Part shown: piece by piece, positions 26,360 through 41,112 of the stretch
Layout of the letters: the number at the start of each line of letters is the position of its first letter
Numbering within the stretch: the stretch's first letter is position 1
NCBI GenBank assembly: GCA_964016885.1
Contig: OZ024740.1
Coordinates: 81,778,001-81,842,000, forward strand
Length of the DNA: 64,000 nt
DNA from: Eledone cirrhosa
Taxonomy: Eukaryota
Direction of reading: 5' to 3'
The notes under the pieces: generated by a model
Databases searched by the model: none
Told to the model about the DNA's origin: nothing
Seen by the model: only the letters and a program-made list of their open reading frames with translations
Position numbers and translations under genes: made by a program

Positions 26360-28617
26360 CAGGGGTCACCGAACTACGGCCCGCGGGCCGGATCACGCCC
26401 GCTACTCAATTCATCAGGCCCGCCGACGGTACTTGCATTTGCGTGATAAAACGGATGGAACACAAGATGTTTCTAATTCAATGTCCTTTTCATTTTCAGA
26501 TCCCGTTTTCTTCACCCTTTATTATGGCTACTAAGAAAAGAAAAGTGGACGCCGAGTGTCGCGTTTTCAATGAGGAATAGGTAGAGTACTTCTTTGTGGA
26601 AACAAAGGACCAGAAAGCTAGTTGCGTGGTATGCAGCGAAAGTGTTGTCGTTTTGACAGAGTCAATTCTTCGGCGTCACTATGAAACAAAACATCTATCA
26701 ACATATCCAATGTTTTCTGGAAAGGTATGCTCTGAGAAATATGAGTCCATGAAACGTGGTTTAAAAACTAAAAGAAATCTCTTCACGATAAAGTTTGCTG
26801 AAAATGAATATGTCACTCGTACAAGTTACAAAATAGTGCATAAGTTGTCAGAGCGAGGAAAACCGTTTACTGATGGCAACTTCATCAAAGTGTGTATGAT
26901 GGAAGCAGCAAATGACTTGTCCTGAGAAAGCCGATTTGTTTGTAAGTATCAGGCTTTCGGCAAGTTCAGTTGTGCGGAGAACAGAGGAACTTGAAGAGAA
27001 CATAGTGCTACAGATACGCGAGAAAGCTAGGAACATGTTGTGTTTTGTCTGGCGCTGGATGAGTCTACTGATCTCTCGAGCACGTCACAACTTCTCGTGT
27101 TCATTTGTGGTGTCAATTTGGACTTTCAGATAACGGAAGAGTTTGCATCCGTTTGCTGCATGCATGGAACAACAACTGGAAAATACATTTTCATGGAAGT
27201 GCAGAAAACTTTGCAAGACTATAGCCTTCAGTGGAATCAGCTTCGAGGTGTTACAGTTGATGGAGGAAAAAACATGGCTGGAGTGAGGAAGGGTCTAGTC
27301 GGCCAGATCAGGACTCAGTTGGAAGATTTGCAAATTCCGGGCGCTCTGTTCATACACTGCATCATACATCAGCAAGCACTCTGTGGGAAAGACTTGAATA
27401 TTTTTTCTGTACTGAAACCAGTCGTTTCTGCTGTGAACTTCATTCGGGGACATACACTCAATCACCGTCAGTTCGAGGCTTTTCTTGAAGAAATTGATTC
27501 TGATTTCTGTGACTTGCCTTATCACACAGCAGTGAGGTGGCTCAGATGCGGTAATGTCCTGTTTCGTTTTTACAAGCTCCGAAACGAAATAGATGTTTTT
27601 CTCACTTAAAAAGATAGAGCTGATCCACAGCTGTCAGATCCTACCTGGCTATCAAAGTTGTCATTTTTGGTCGACACTACATCCCACATGAATGAACTGA
27701 ACTTGAATCTTCGGGGAAAGGATAACCTCGTCTGTGATCTCTACTGAATCATCAAAGGATTTCGGAGAAAGCTGTCATTGTTTGCAGCACAACTGGAAGG
27801 AGAAAAATTCTCTTATTTTCACTGTTTCAAAGAGCTACAATTGCTGAAGATGTCAACCTCGATTTTCCTAAAAAGATTATTTGTGACTTGAAGAAGCAAG
27901 TTTTGGAGAGATTTTCAGATCTCGAGAGAATTGAGAGTGACATTCTTCTGTTACAGAACACGTTTGATTGTAACCTTGATGATGTGCCAGTTGAACTACA
28001 GTTGGAGCTCATTGATTTGCAAGCAAATGACTTATTGAAAGAGAAGCACAAAGAAGGGAAACTTGTTGAATTTTACCGCTTCTTACCTGATGTTGAGTTT
28101 CCGAAATTGAAGAAATTTGCCGCTGGTATGGCATCTTTTTTTGGAACAACTTATGTTTGTGAGCAAACATTTTCAAAAATGATGTATCTGAAGTTAACAC
28201 ATCGAACGAGATTGACTGATGAACATTTGAAAGCAATTCTATTGATTGGATGCAGCAATTCCAAACCAAACATTGAGGATATATTGAAAGCCAAACGTCA
28301 GTTTCACAAATCTCACTAACCTTTTTTGCTGCTTAGTTTGTAAGATTCGGATATGTGCACTATCTGATGTAACTATATTTTTGCTAACGTCGCCTTCTTT
28401 GATCACTTTTTAGTAAATAAATATGTTCGTTGTCTTTGTTTTTTGTGCATTGCACGCCACTCACCCATGATTAACATGGAATGCTAAACGTAGTGTTTCG
28501 TCTTTTTTTCCCAGAGCTTTCGTTCTGGCTTGCAAGTATTGAACAGAATGATTATGCGGCCCGCGCTCATCATTCTTTCAGTTATCCGGCCCACTGTGAA
28601 AAAGTTTGGTGACCCTG
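26360..28617 (+). mobile_element. hAT transposon (Charlie/SPIN-like), full-length, inactivated
   Basis: TIRs CAGGGGTCACCGAACT / AGTTTGGTGACCCTG. Perfect 8-bp TSD GAGTAAAC at 26352-26359 and 28618-28625. Confidence 0.95.
26524..28319 (+). pseudogene. hAT transposase (GTF2IRD2-like) with stops and frameshifts
   Basis: MATKKRKVDAECRVFNEE*, BED-type C..C..LRRHYETKH, LALDESTD, VTVDGGKNM, IHCIIHQQALC, VRWL and FGTTYVCEQTFS. Confidence 0.93.
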
Positions 28618-29244
28618 GAGTAAACGGTAAAGTTGAATATGGAAAAGTTTAAACAGTTTGTTAAAATGTCAATTCTCTAAAGCTATGCAATTGTTGCTCA
28701 TGGGTGAGTTTACTGTTTGGTTTTAGAAAGTTATTTCGAAACTTGTTATAAGTCTAAACATAGACATGTGTATTTAACATCCTACTGCGAATAGATATTA
28801 TTTCTTTACAAGAATTTTCTAAATGTATTATTATTATTGAAATATTTGAAGAAATAAAAATCTTCATATAAACTATAAACATAAATAAACCTTTAGCAAG
28901 AAAATGAAACAAAATTTGGAAACAGAAATATGGCGTCATATGCTTTGATATTTTCCAAAAGAAAAATAGTTTTTCAATGAAACATATGTTTAAATCTATA
29001 TTTCTTTTAAAAACTAAGCGCATAAACATGGAAAACACTGAGAGGGAAAGAAATGTAAACAACTTGGTGTTGCGAAATAAGACTAAAAGCAAATATTTCA
29101 ATGGAGAAAAAATAATTTGTAGTAATTTTGATTCTAAATATAGAAGTAATTTGCAAATTATTGATTAAACCAAACAAAATATAAGCGATCGAATAGAACA
29201 TCATCATAACGGGTAACGTATTTATAGCATTAAGTAAGTATATC

Positions 29245-29258
29245 TTGTTGTTGTTGTT

Positions 29259-29318
<60 letters not shown>

Positions 29319-29412
29319 CTTCTTCTTCTTCTTCTTCTTCTTCTTCTTCTTCTTCTTCTTCTTCTTCTTCTTCTTCTTCTTCTTCTTCTTCTTCTTTTTC
29401 TCCTTCTTCTTC
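29245..29412. repeat. Compound (TTG)n-(TTC)n microsatellite
   Basis: Read directly. It lies at the 3' side of the minus-strand RTE relic. Confidence 0.97.
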
Positions 29413-29439
29413 TGCTTCTCATTGGGGACAGAGTCCTCA

Positions 29440-30650
29440 GTCACTCCTTCTAGTGAACCCTATCAGGAGAAAAACTCTCCAATTAAACCAGTTGGGTCCC
29501 TAAGTGAGACCGGACAATCCGTTATCCAACCAACTTGCTCGGGGTCTCCTGTCGGTTGGTTTTCCCTGTGAAATCTGTAAAGTGATTCTTTCCTGAGACA
29601 TTCTAACCACATGCCCATAGTATCGGAGCTGTGATCTCTCAATTCGGAGAAGTAGCGTCTCTACCTGGAGTTACTCTCTGATTTTGGGGCTACGCTCTCT
29701 ATCACGTAACGTTACTCCAAAGACCTTTCAGAGGAACCCCATTTCAGCCGCTTGTTTTTGCGATCGTGTTCTTTCGGTCATTACCCAAGTAAGGGTTGAC
29801 AGGAATTGAAGATAGCGAGTTTGGCTCTCGCACCCACCTCCCTTCCTCTAATTACTGAATGCCGATGCTGGCGTATTACTGCACCAGCACCATTCTTGAC
29901 ACGAACATGCTAAATAAAAGAGAATAGAGACAATAACAAAATCAATTATTGATCTATATACCGGAGTCCCCTTATAACATGAATATTTATGGGTGTCTTT
30001 GTGCTGGATGAAGGTGTTCATAATAGAAAGCCCATTGCTGGACAGAAGTCAAGTAAGGCGTCTCAATTCGTATTAATATCGAGATCGCCATTCCTTCCAA
30101 TCGCTCATTTCCATGTCAGGTGGTCAGTACCAACATGCGCACTGAAGTCTTCATTTAGGATATATGACTCAGTCATAACTAATTCTAATGTTTCAGAAAC
30201 TTCATCAAGTACCTTTATTCGGACTCCTTGTTAGGTGCGTGAACTTGCACCACCCAGAGAGACCTATTTTTAAGCCTAAGCTAACAGGGGCAAACCTCAC
30301 TCATAACGGAATTCAGTTCATAACTCATACTGATACCCGGTGGCCTTTGAGTATCGCCACACCCACCTGTGTAGTCATTTCTGGCGCCACACCTGTATAG
30401 CAGAGTTTCCCTCTTCCATCCAAATGTACAGAATTGATCTTTATTGAGGAACCCTCGAGTATATCTAGGTGGTAACATATAGCTTCCTCCACTAGTTCCT
30501 GATCCTTAGCTGTAAGAGTTCTGATATTCTCGGTTCCAACTGTTATGATTTGCTCCCTTCCGGACGCACTTTGGGATCTTGGGATATACACATTTTTAGC
30601 GTCAACCCGACGCCTCCCAAGGCATGGCGCAGGCCTATCGCTACATTAAG
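29440..30650 (-). mobile_element. RTE (Expander/Rex3-like) LINE relic with large internal deletion
   Basis: Minus strand gives TENIRTLTAKDQELVEEA and EDFSAHVG (APE), plus WVMTERTRSQKQAAEMGFL (post-RT region). Confidence 0.7.
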
Positions 30651-31259
30651 CAGTCTGAAATTGAGACTGCAATATATATTTTGAACAGGCACCTCTACCT
30701 AAGGCTTGAACGTATCCCTTATTAAGTTGCGCGAAGGTCAATGGGGTATGGCTCGTTTATGGTTGCCTCATTATATTGAAGTTTCAGTTTCATTGTCCTT
30801 ATTCGCACCACTCACGAATCTGTTACACTGTCAAACCCGCAAAGACTAGGCATTTATAGAGGCGGCCTTTACTTTCCACGAATTATCTACCTTATTGAGT
30901 TGTGAGAGCTTTCGTAGTAGTTACATGTGGTCACTCATTGATCCATCTCCCCTAGTAGTTTACCGCTGTTGGTCCGGAGTTGCATATCGCAACTAGCCAT
31001 CATATCAAGTGGCCGTATCGTTATGCACCACCTGAGATCCGTTCTCTAGAAGAACAGCTCTGCCGAGACTAGTAAGTATATAAAATAGAAAAAAAAAACA
31101 AAAAAAAACATCTATTTCGGAACAACACCTGCTTAAAATAAAAGGTTCCCATTAAGCACACACTTTCATGAACAATAATTTTTTCACCTTTGCATTTTCA
31201 TTTCTTTATCCATTAATAAGTTAATTTTTTCCTTTTCACGTATTGCTATTTTCAACATA

Positions 31260-31860
31260 TGGATTTCATTTGCCTCCCGGGTGGAGTTTATTGGTTGAGG
31301 GCAAAAGGTTTCATTGTAATATGTATGGTGAAACCGGTCATTTGAGTACATTCCGCTCTCGACAGATATGAGGATACCAACGGTGACAGCAAAACCAACA
31401 ACTGCTGTAACAAAACAACCTCCAACAGAGGCAACAGTACCACTGCCATAATGACCAACAGCTGAACGAAAAACAACATACATTGGAAAAATAAGTAGGA
31501 CGTCTTTCAAAGAAATTCTCCTCCTCCGGCCCCTCTCGCTTTCCTCTAACCACAAACACACATACAAACGCAAATAAACATAAACACTATCACGCCCATA
31601 TACGAGACAAACCCTGCAAATACAGCGCCTCTTCATCTCGAAGTGGAGATGAAGAGAAAGCCCCAAACCAAAGAAACAACAAGGAGACGACATAAAAACA
31701 TCTTACCTCACACCAAACACACGCCAGAGAACTACAATAACACGACCCAACTATCAACCAAACCCACAAACCAACCTCCGCCTACACTATCAAAAACACC
31801 AGTACTACCACAAACACTACTACTCTCAAAAAGAAAATATACACAATAACCATAAAAAAA
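31260..31860 (+). pseudogene. Tx1-like ORF1 fragment
   Basis: LLVEGKRFHCNMYGETGHLSTF resembles the VEGRRPRCFVCGEGTHL knuckle and is followed by A/C-rich low-complexity sequence. Confidence 0.5.
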
Positions 31861-33412
31861 ACAATCAAACAAACATCAAATTTGGTGCCCGTCAGGAAAG
31901 AAAGATAAATAATAATTCATGGTTCTCATCTCAAGAAGTGATGATATTAACAGAGGTGGGGAGATATTTCGAACCAACACCTTTAACGTGACAGAAACTT
32001 TAAAGACGGTACGCATGTCTACGAATTCATACAATATAATTAGGGCGAGCTTATCTTATGACGTAGGAACACCTATTGTAAAAGACACGAGTAGGATTTT
32101 AATGAGCTTCACAAAGGAACCTCAACCGTATATGAAGGTAAAAAAAAAACCTTGAAAAAGACTTTGACATAATGCGCCAGTGTGAATGTAGACTAATCGC
32201 ATAGAGTCATCTAAATCGTATTTAGGTAGGGCTTTGGTTAGGTTAGCTGATAGGAACATTGGGATCTTTTACTCATAACAATTATTCACTCTCCTTAGTT
32301 TGACGGAACACAGCGCCACCAGTCTCCTCAGATTTCAGGTTATTATTTCACTGCCAAAAATATCGATCAGGGACTTGTAACATGCACAAAATTGATAAAC
32401 ATGTTATTGATTTTAAACTGCAATCCTCATTATCTATGAGCTGTGTTCCCATGATGATACCAGTCTATCAGTTACTCAGACATACATTGTCTAATACGAG
32501 AATATTTCCCTTCATGTTCTAGTTGCTAGGTAGATTTGCCAGGTATTCCTGGAATATTAAGTGCCCACTTGGAAGCTCGGTTAGTAGGATAATATGTTTC
32601 TTTACTAAGATAGTCTTAAATCTAGAGACATCCCATACATTAGTGAATGCGTTATTGTAGCTTCGTAAAATGGGAATGATCTCGTTTAGGGTAGAATTTA
32701 CAGCTATTTTCATCAAGTCAAATGGTTGCGCATTGAGTCTCTAGACATAATCTTCAGTTTCCTCGGTCTCCACGCTGCCGAGTTCCTCCGCAAATTCAGA
32801 AAGATAGCAAAGGCGGTCTTTCAGTTGAGACGGGTGTCACTGTACATTTCCCATGGCAATACCTTCCCTATTTTCCTTACCAGCACAGGGTAATCAGCGC
32901 TTGATACTAGGGTGTAGGGCCTATCCCGCCCCCTCACCTTTGCTTAATTCTCTTGTCTTATTTTTCTTCTTTCCCTTCTTTTTCGTCTCATTTAAATGTT
33001 ATTATGTTTTAGTAGTAAATATCAAAGTTGAACTATAATATTCACATTTTAACTACGACGTATTACATATTTTCCGAGTAGAAAAACATAAAAGGAAGAC
33101 TATAACTTTCATGTTCTCTATAAAATAAAGTGAAAAGGCTGGTTATTGAGGATATTTCAATAGATGCTATAGATAAATTTTCAATAGCCTGCAATTCGGT
33201 TATCTCACTGAGATAATGTGTGGAGTTAGCTGAGATTCTCAGCTAACTACACACATACATCCACACACACTTTCTCACACACACATATATATATATATAT
33301 GATTGTGGGGGCGTATATATGTGTACATGTATGAATATATATGCACACACATGCATACGCGCCTGCACACACACACACATGCACACATACACACAGACAC
33401 ACAGACACACAA

Positions 33413-33519
<107 letters not shown>

Positions 33520-34364
33520 CACGAATTACAAAACAATGTGTTTATATTTTAGTAGACTATTTATTTCGCAGTTAAAACACTTTTATGCAGATAAGATCTT
33601 TTATGCAGATAACATACAATAGGCCTACAACTCCCTTACACATACACACATTCCTTAGAAGTAAATTACAGGTAATTCAATTAAATAAGTTCAAAGCTTC
33701 TTTACATAGTGCATGAAACAAATTATACGAAATAGTGTATATAGCGAAGCACTATTTCTGTTAGATTTTTATTGTTATGAAGAAGATAAAAACGATTCAC
33801 CAAACAAAAAAGATTGAGTGGATTTTATGTACTTATCCTATGACGAATCAGACATACCTTCTTCAATTTGTTCTTCACTAGAAAAACGATCTTATCATGA
33901 GATATTAACTACGTTGTTGTAACAGGTTGTGGAGTTCTATTATTCTCTGATATCTCATCAAGACATTTTCGGTTTTGTTAACACCTTAATACGGTCGACA
34001 GCAATGTTTTGTTATCGGCAAGAAATAAATACTGAATAACATCTGCATCACCTTCTTCAAATTTATATACTAGTGTAATTAATACCAAGGCTATTGTTTC
34101 CCCAACTATTTTACAATAATTTTTAACAAGTGATTTACGCAATTTTCTCTAATATATATATTTATTTAATGATAATCTCTTCAAGTTCTGTAATGGTGTA
34201 TATAATCGAAACAATATAGATATATGGACTAAGGAAATCTTGGTGAGGCAAATTCCAAGAGAAGAATAACCCGTGTAACAATAGCTGCAACAATTTATAT
34301 GTCTATTCTGCTTAACCGCATATATCAACAAATCGAAAAAAGTATTGAGAAAAATCAATTTAAC

Positions 34365-35205
34365 TTCCGAAGGAGACTATCAACTACGGGGCAAATTGTA
34401 ACTGTCTGAGGGTGTGAAATCTAGATTCTAACTGTTGATGGTCTCGCCAAAGCATTTGATTCGACACATAGAGGTAAAATGGAAGCTAGCTATTGTATAC
34501 AAAATGTAAGATTAAAGGCCACTATGATCAATGTTACGCTCATCAGATGTCTATACAGATTTCTTTGAAATTGATGCAGGAGTGTAATCATAAAATCGCA
34601 GATGCAGATCACACTGATGATTTAGTGCTTATAAATCAAGCCTAATCCCGTCTCCCTACTCTTCAATATTCAGCCAATAGTATTGATTTCCAGATTAACA
34701 CAGACAAAATGGAATAAACAAGCTTAAATCAAACTGTAACATTCAAAACAGTAACGGGCACACCTCTCAACTGTGCGTTGTAAAGACACTAGCTGCGAAA
34801 ACGATGTAAACACACGGATTGGTAACGCTCGAGGTGCAATTGACAAGATATCTCTAGTGTGGAAATTTAGACTTCTAGACAACATGAAAAAGAACCTCTT
34901 TCATGCAATTATTACCATTGATCTATTGTATATCTGCACAGCATAGACCCTTGCCTTACCTCGAAACTGGATGAAGAATAGATGTAGCTAACACTCGCAT
35001 TCTACGAGGCTTTGATTATCAATTGGACAGCTTGATGATCACAGAACGACTGTATGGGAAACTTTTTCCGGTATCAGACATTATCAAGAAGAGTAGAGGC
35101 AGATTAGCAGTGCATTGCTGAAGAGCTAAATATGAAAATGCTAGTGACGTTATTTTTGTGGGAGCTAACACAAGGAAGAACTTGCAGAAGACAAGTCAAG
35201 ACCTC
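34365..35205 (+). mobile_element. Highly decayed RTE-like LINE RT fragment
   Basis: INYG, KAFDSTHRGKM, DADHTDDLVL and DVNTRIGNARGA-like remnants. Confidence 0.55.
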
Positions 35206-35347
35206 TATGAAGTAGATTTGTGACGATATAAACTACTATCCTTCTGACCTGCCGAACAAGATGAACAATAAAATTTCATGGTGACAGAGAGTTCATGGAA
35301 ACCGTGCAAGTAGTGGGACGTATTAATATATATATATATATATATAC

Positions 35348-35650
35348 AGGGTGGCACAAAAGTCACACGGGGTTTAGTTTTTACTAATTTCTTGAATTGT
35401 ACAGATTGATGTACGAAATGTTGATACAACATAAAAGATATAATTGTTTCTACTTTTGGCACAAGGCTAGCTATTATACCAGTGTATTACTGGTACTTTA
35501 TTTTATCGACCACGTAAGGATGAAAGGCAAAGTAGGATATCATGGAAATTATTTTGCACTCGTCAATCCTTGTCATACCTCTACATTACTTATGAAAAAT
35601 TACATCTTTCAAATGGCGGCCATGCGACCACTGTATGCCATTTGGGCCAT

Positions 35651-35655
<5 letters not shown>
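35348..35655. mobile_element. Tc1/mariner-type MITE-like relic with a nested SINE piece (35440-35535)
   Basis: Decayed TIRs cagggtggcacaaaagtcacac / gtatgccatttgggccatccta, within (TA)n. Confidence 0.45.
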
Positions 35656-35720
<65 letters not shown>

Positions 35721-35727
35721 ATATATT

Positions 35728-36740
<1,013 letters not shown>

Positions 36741-37136
36741 ATATATGAAGGCTCCCGAGTGATCCTAGGGCGACGGGGATGATCACAGTTAAAAAAGGTT
36801 ACTCAATATGTTGGCAGAGTATAGGCAAGTTTGTTGTATATAGAAATGACTTCTACAGGTTCCTACTGTTTCATTCTTATGAAATCATCAGGAATGTCAG
36901 AAAAGTTGGTCAGGTCTGGTTACTTATAGGTGTGGGGTAGGTGGAAGTTGAGGGTGGTGGAGGTGGAACCGTTTCAAATGATATATGTGCCGGTGGATGG
37001 GGAGGAGGCAAGAAGAGAAAGGAAAGGAGTAAGGTTACTTGATTAACAGTATGATTATATTTACAGCACAGCATGAATCATAATTAACTGAGTGATCTCT
37101 GAAAACATCTGAGTAATAAAATGACAAGTCAGTCAA

Positions 37137-37432
37137 TCATATTGATGGCCTCACCACAGTCCCGGTGGACACAATAGGGAAGGCTTTTCCTCGGAGGACG
37201 GCAAGGGAGACGCGCTGATAAAGCCATTCCAGCTCCCGAGGCTCACACCTGCGGCTGGCCAGCACAGCGCTTATGGTGGTGATTAGGGAGGTAGCCCTAG
37301 GGACGAGGACACTAGAAGTCTCCACTGCCAAGGGTACAACCGGAAACCTGTCGGAGAGCGACAGGTATTTGAAGAGTTTGGCCTCCTCAGCCCGACGTGC
37401 AGCAGAAGAGAGCGGAGAGAAGTTGAAGTAGG
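37137..37432 (-). mobile_element. CRE-clade LINE 3' fragment (restriction-like endonuclease end)
   Basis: SAARRAEEAKLFKY...PLAVETS...EPRELEWLYQRVSLAVLRGKA, a GC-rich island in AT-rich DNA. Confidence 0.75.
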
Positions 37433-37704
37433 TGATGTAGAAGAGAATAAATAAGACGGAAAATAAAAGCGATGAAAAAGGGGGAAAATATAACAAAAGC
37501 AGAAGAAACGGGAAAATAATGAAAGTAAAAAAAAATAAGAAAATGTTTGGAGCACACGGATTTTTCTAAAATAACTATTACACCTTATGTACTCCGTGGC
37601 CTTCCCCAATGACTAACCTAAGGTTGATGCGTGTGGCCGCATGGGTGACGTTGTGTGTGCGTGGGTATCTATATGCTTGTCTGTATGTGCAGGTATGTGT
37701 GTAC

Positions 37705-37738
<34 letters not shown>

Positions 37739-38029
37739 AACAAACACAGGGATGCAAAACTACACACACGCATATATATATATATATATATATATACCTA
37801 ACTGTACCAAGGATCTCACACATTTTCCAATATATATATATACATATATATGTGTGTGTGTATGTGCGTGTGTGTGTGTGCGTTTGCGTGTGTGCGTGTG
37901 TGTGTGTGCGTAGGTGTCTATATGTTACAGTACACTGCACCTGATTTGCATCCGACAGAGCTAATACACATATATGTGGTCAAGTGAATGATAACCATGT
38001 TGAAAACAACGAAGCGAGCCACTTCAAGC

Positions 38030-39216
38030 AGATTAAGAACCTAACAAAGAACCAGTTATAATAATCTCGTTCATTTGCAATTACCATCCTGTCAACGTTT
38101 AGAAAGGCGCATGATTCCGTATCTGTAGAATTCGTGTGGCCTTGATCCAAAGAACTCTGTTAGCCACTTATTTAACTAGTCTTCATTGGCGAATGTTTTT
38201 TATTGCGTTGCATTGCTCACTGAGAGAAAAAGGTAGTAGCCTGTCCCCGTGAGGATGTTCTAAGGCGGCGGGTCGGGCAGAACATCTCAACCTAGCTCCA
38301 GCAACTTCTCATGGGACATCATTGTGTAAGCGGCCAAGTGTTATAATGGAGGAATCGAATAGAACTATGGTATGAAAGCACCTGTGTGGTTTCTACCGCA
38401 AATCTATCAAGTGGTTGAAAATAGACGTCAGACTTTATGCGAGTGTTCCGTTGAAGCAACTCGTAGTTGATGACAACTTTCCCTTCCCACTAGACATTTA
38501 GAAGAGACTTGCGAGGGTGGATGCCAAAGTTTGCTTGCCGTTGAGCTGAAATCATTTCATGAACCCACGATCACTTGCGCTTAATAATGTAGAGACGCCA
38601 TTTTTAATCACCGGAGACAATGAGACGGAATCCCGTTGTTTTTGATTTAGTAGGAGAGCGGAAAAGTGGCAGCTGACGCCCGTCATTCATGATTACCGTC
38701 AGTTATTGCGGGGCACACATTGGTCCAGATTTGACACGTTCACGATTGGAAGTTAGTCAATGAGATTATTTTCGATGCCCCCAACACTTCGGAGAGTTGA
38801 CGTGATGTCGGGTGTGTGTATGCTGCCACCAGATTTCGCAGTTGCTCGTCATTGAAGTCAGATGGTCATCCTGCGGGAGGTCGAAATTTAAGACTGTAAT
38901 CACCGGAACGGAAGTGTGCGAACCAGTCCCTGACATAGCGTTCATACCTGTTATGTGATCCAAATGAATTGTTAATGTGACGAATCGATACTGTTGTGCA
39001 CAGACCAGATTTGAAATCATAAAGTAAACAGCCAAAAATAACCGATTTAGACAGATCCATGTGGGTTTCCCTTTCACATCGTAATAGAAAATGAGAAATG
39101 CATCTACCAAAGTCACTTCTAATATTTGTTTGCATTTGCAAACTTGAACGTTTCCAGAAACTTCAATCAAAATACCTCCTTTTGAGAAATGGTGGGAACG
39201 TTCAGTCCAATCCAAC
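38030..39216 (-). mobile_element. mariner (DD34D) transposon relic
   Basis: MDLSKSVIFGCLLYDFKSG...INNSFG...YVRDWFAHFRSGDYSL (mariner HTH), CVP (WVPHEL-like) and IVSGD*K. The left boundary is approximate. Confidence 0.8.
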
Positions 39217-39227
39217 ACACACGCACG

Positions 39228-39258
<31 letters not shown>

Positions 39259-39372
39259 CCAAAATTAAATTAAGGGTTGTCATGTCTGAGAAACATGCGC
39301 GATATCCACTGCAGAATAAGCTCAAATATTCCAATGAATGGATCCGAGCATTTCATATCAACTAGAAATATA

Positions 39373-39476
<104 letters not shown>

Positions 39477-39753
39477 TGTAGTAACTATGTAGCATCATGT
39501 CTCCGGTCGCAATTTTCACTGTGTTACACCCCTAAAGTATTGTTATTATTCAGAGCTGTAATTGACCGATTTGTCAATATCATCTCATTGGGGGTTTCGT
39601 GCTAGACTCAGAAGTTGATTTGGAAAACTGCTTATCGCAGCAGCAACTTCGATTTTACTCACTGTCACTATATATATATATATATATATATTAGAAAGTA
39701 AGGTTTTTTTTTACAAAATGAAAAATAACCGAGGTGTCCTACACGAGTGAAAG

Positions 39754-40362
39754 TATAAAGAAAAAGAGATGAAATCGAAAATGCAACTGGAGTCTTATCT
39801 TTTTTTTAAATATATATATTTATTGGGTTCCTTTACTGGTTTCGCAGTTCTTCTGCTTTTCAAAATGTGAGTTGAGATGGAGGGTCTGTGTTTTTTCTCA
39901 TATCTGGTTGGTCTCTGAATGTTACTTGTTTTATATGGAAAGAGTGGCCCGAAATGCCAACCAAAAAAAAGCCTTCGTGAGCCTCCTTTTTTCAAGTAAA
40001 AAGAAATTCAAACACTCATATATGAAAAAACAACCTATGACAACCCCCACCCCCCCACCCCACCCCCTCTCTTATTTGAAGAACTATTGTAACGCGAACT
40101 GGCGCGAAATTTATTATAATTATTGACATACCAATCAAATTACTTCTCGAAAAACCTGGCATTTCGAGCCACTCTTTCCATATAAAACAAGTAACATTCA
40201 GAGACCAACCAGATGTGAGAAAAACCACAGACCCTCCATCTCAACTCACCTTTTGAAAAGCAGAAGAACTGCGAAACCGGTAAAGGAACCAAATAAATAT
40301 ATATATTTAAAAAAAAAATAAGACTCCAGTTGCATTTTCGGTTTCATCTCTTTTTCTTTATA
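39754..40362. repeat. ~205-bp inverted repeat (PLE pLTR-like) with an HHR in each arm
   Basis: Arms at 39754-39959 and 40157-40362, ending in (TA)n. Confidence 0.9.
40249..40286 (+). ncRNA. Minimal type I hammerhead ribozyme, U3-A8 core variant
   Basis: cctt-TTGAAAA-gcag aagaa ctgc-GAAA-ccgg-TA-aagg. Decayed mirror copy at 39830-39867 (-). Confidence 0.85.
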
Positions 40363-40380
40363 TATATATATATATATATA

Positions 40381-41075
40381 TTGCTCATTTGTTCAACACT
40401 GACAAAGGAACGCCGTACAAGTGTCAAGCTTATTAGCTATCGTCAGCAAGGTATACCTTCCTGCCAGATGATTTAACGTCTGAAAGTATATATTTTCCTT
40501 ATGCATATTAATGGCTGAGCAGCGTTCCTTTGTCAGTGTTGAACAAATGAGCAACGATGGTTGCTAAACACTGTACGGCTTAATTCGTGTTGTTTGTTTC
40601 CAAACACACCGGGCATTATAATAAATGTTCGGTGAATCCATACGTACATATATATATGTCTGTGCATGTATATATATATATATACTTACTACTGTACGTA
40701 TGTATACATATATGTATGTACGTATACATACTTATATTTAAGTAACAGCCGTACTAAGAGTGAAAAATGAAATTTCGTTTCATTTTTTCCGTTTATCGTT
40801 TTCGGTGCGCCCGGCCGATTAACTCACTCCATATGCAAATTAGGCTGCTCAGCCGTTAATATGCATAAGGAAAGTATATAATTTCAGACTTTCAATCATC
40901 TGGCAGGAAGGTATACGTTGCTGACGATAGCTAATAAGTTTGAAACTAGCACAGCGTTCCTTTGTCAGTGTTGAACAAATGAGCAACGATGGTTGCTAGA
41001 CACTGTACGGCTTAATTCGGGATGTTTGTTTACAAACACACCGAGCATTATAATAAATGTTCGGTGAATCCATAC

Positions 41076-41112
<37 letters not shown>

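Noticed and set aside
39477-39671. tgtagtaac...gtcactata solo-LTR-like segment in (TA)n
   Set aside because: Single copy here, the end is not CA, and the evidence is too thin.
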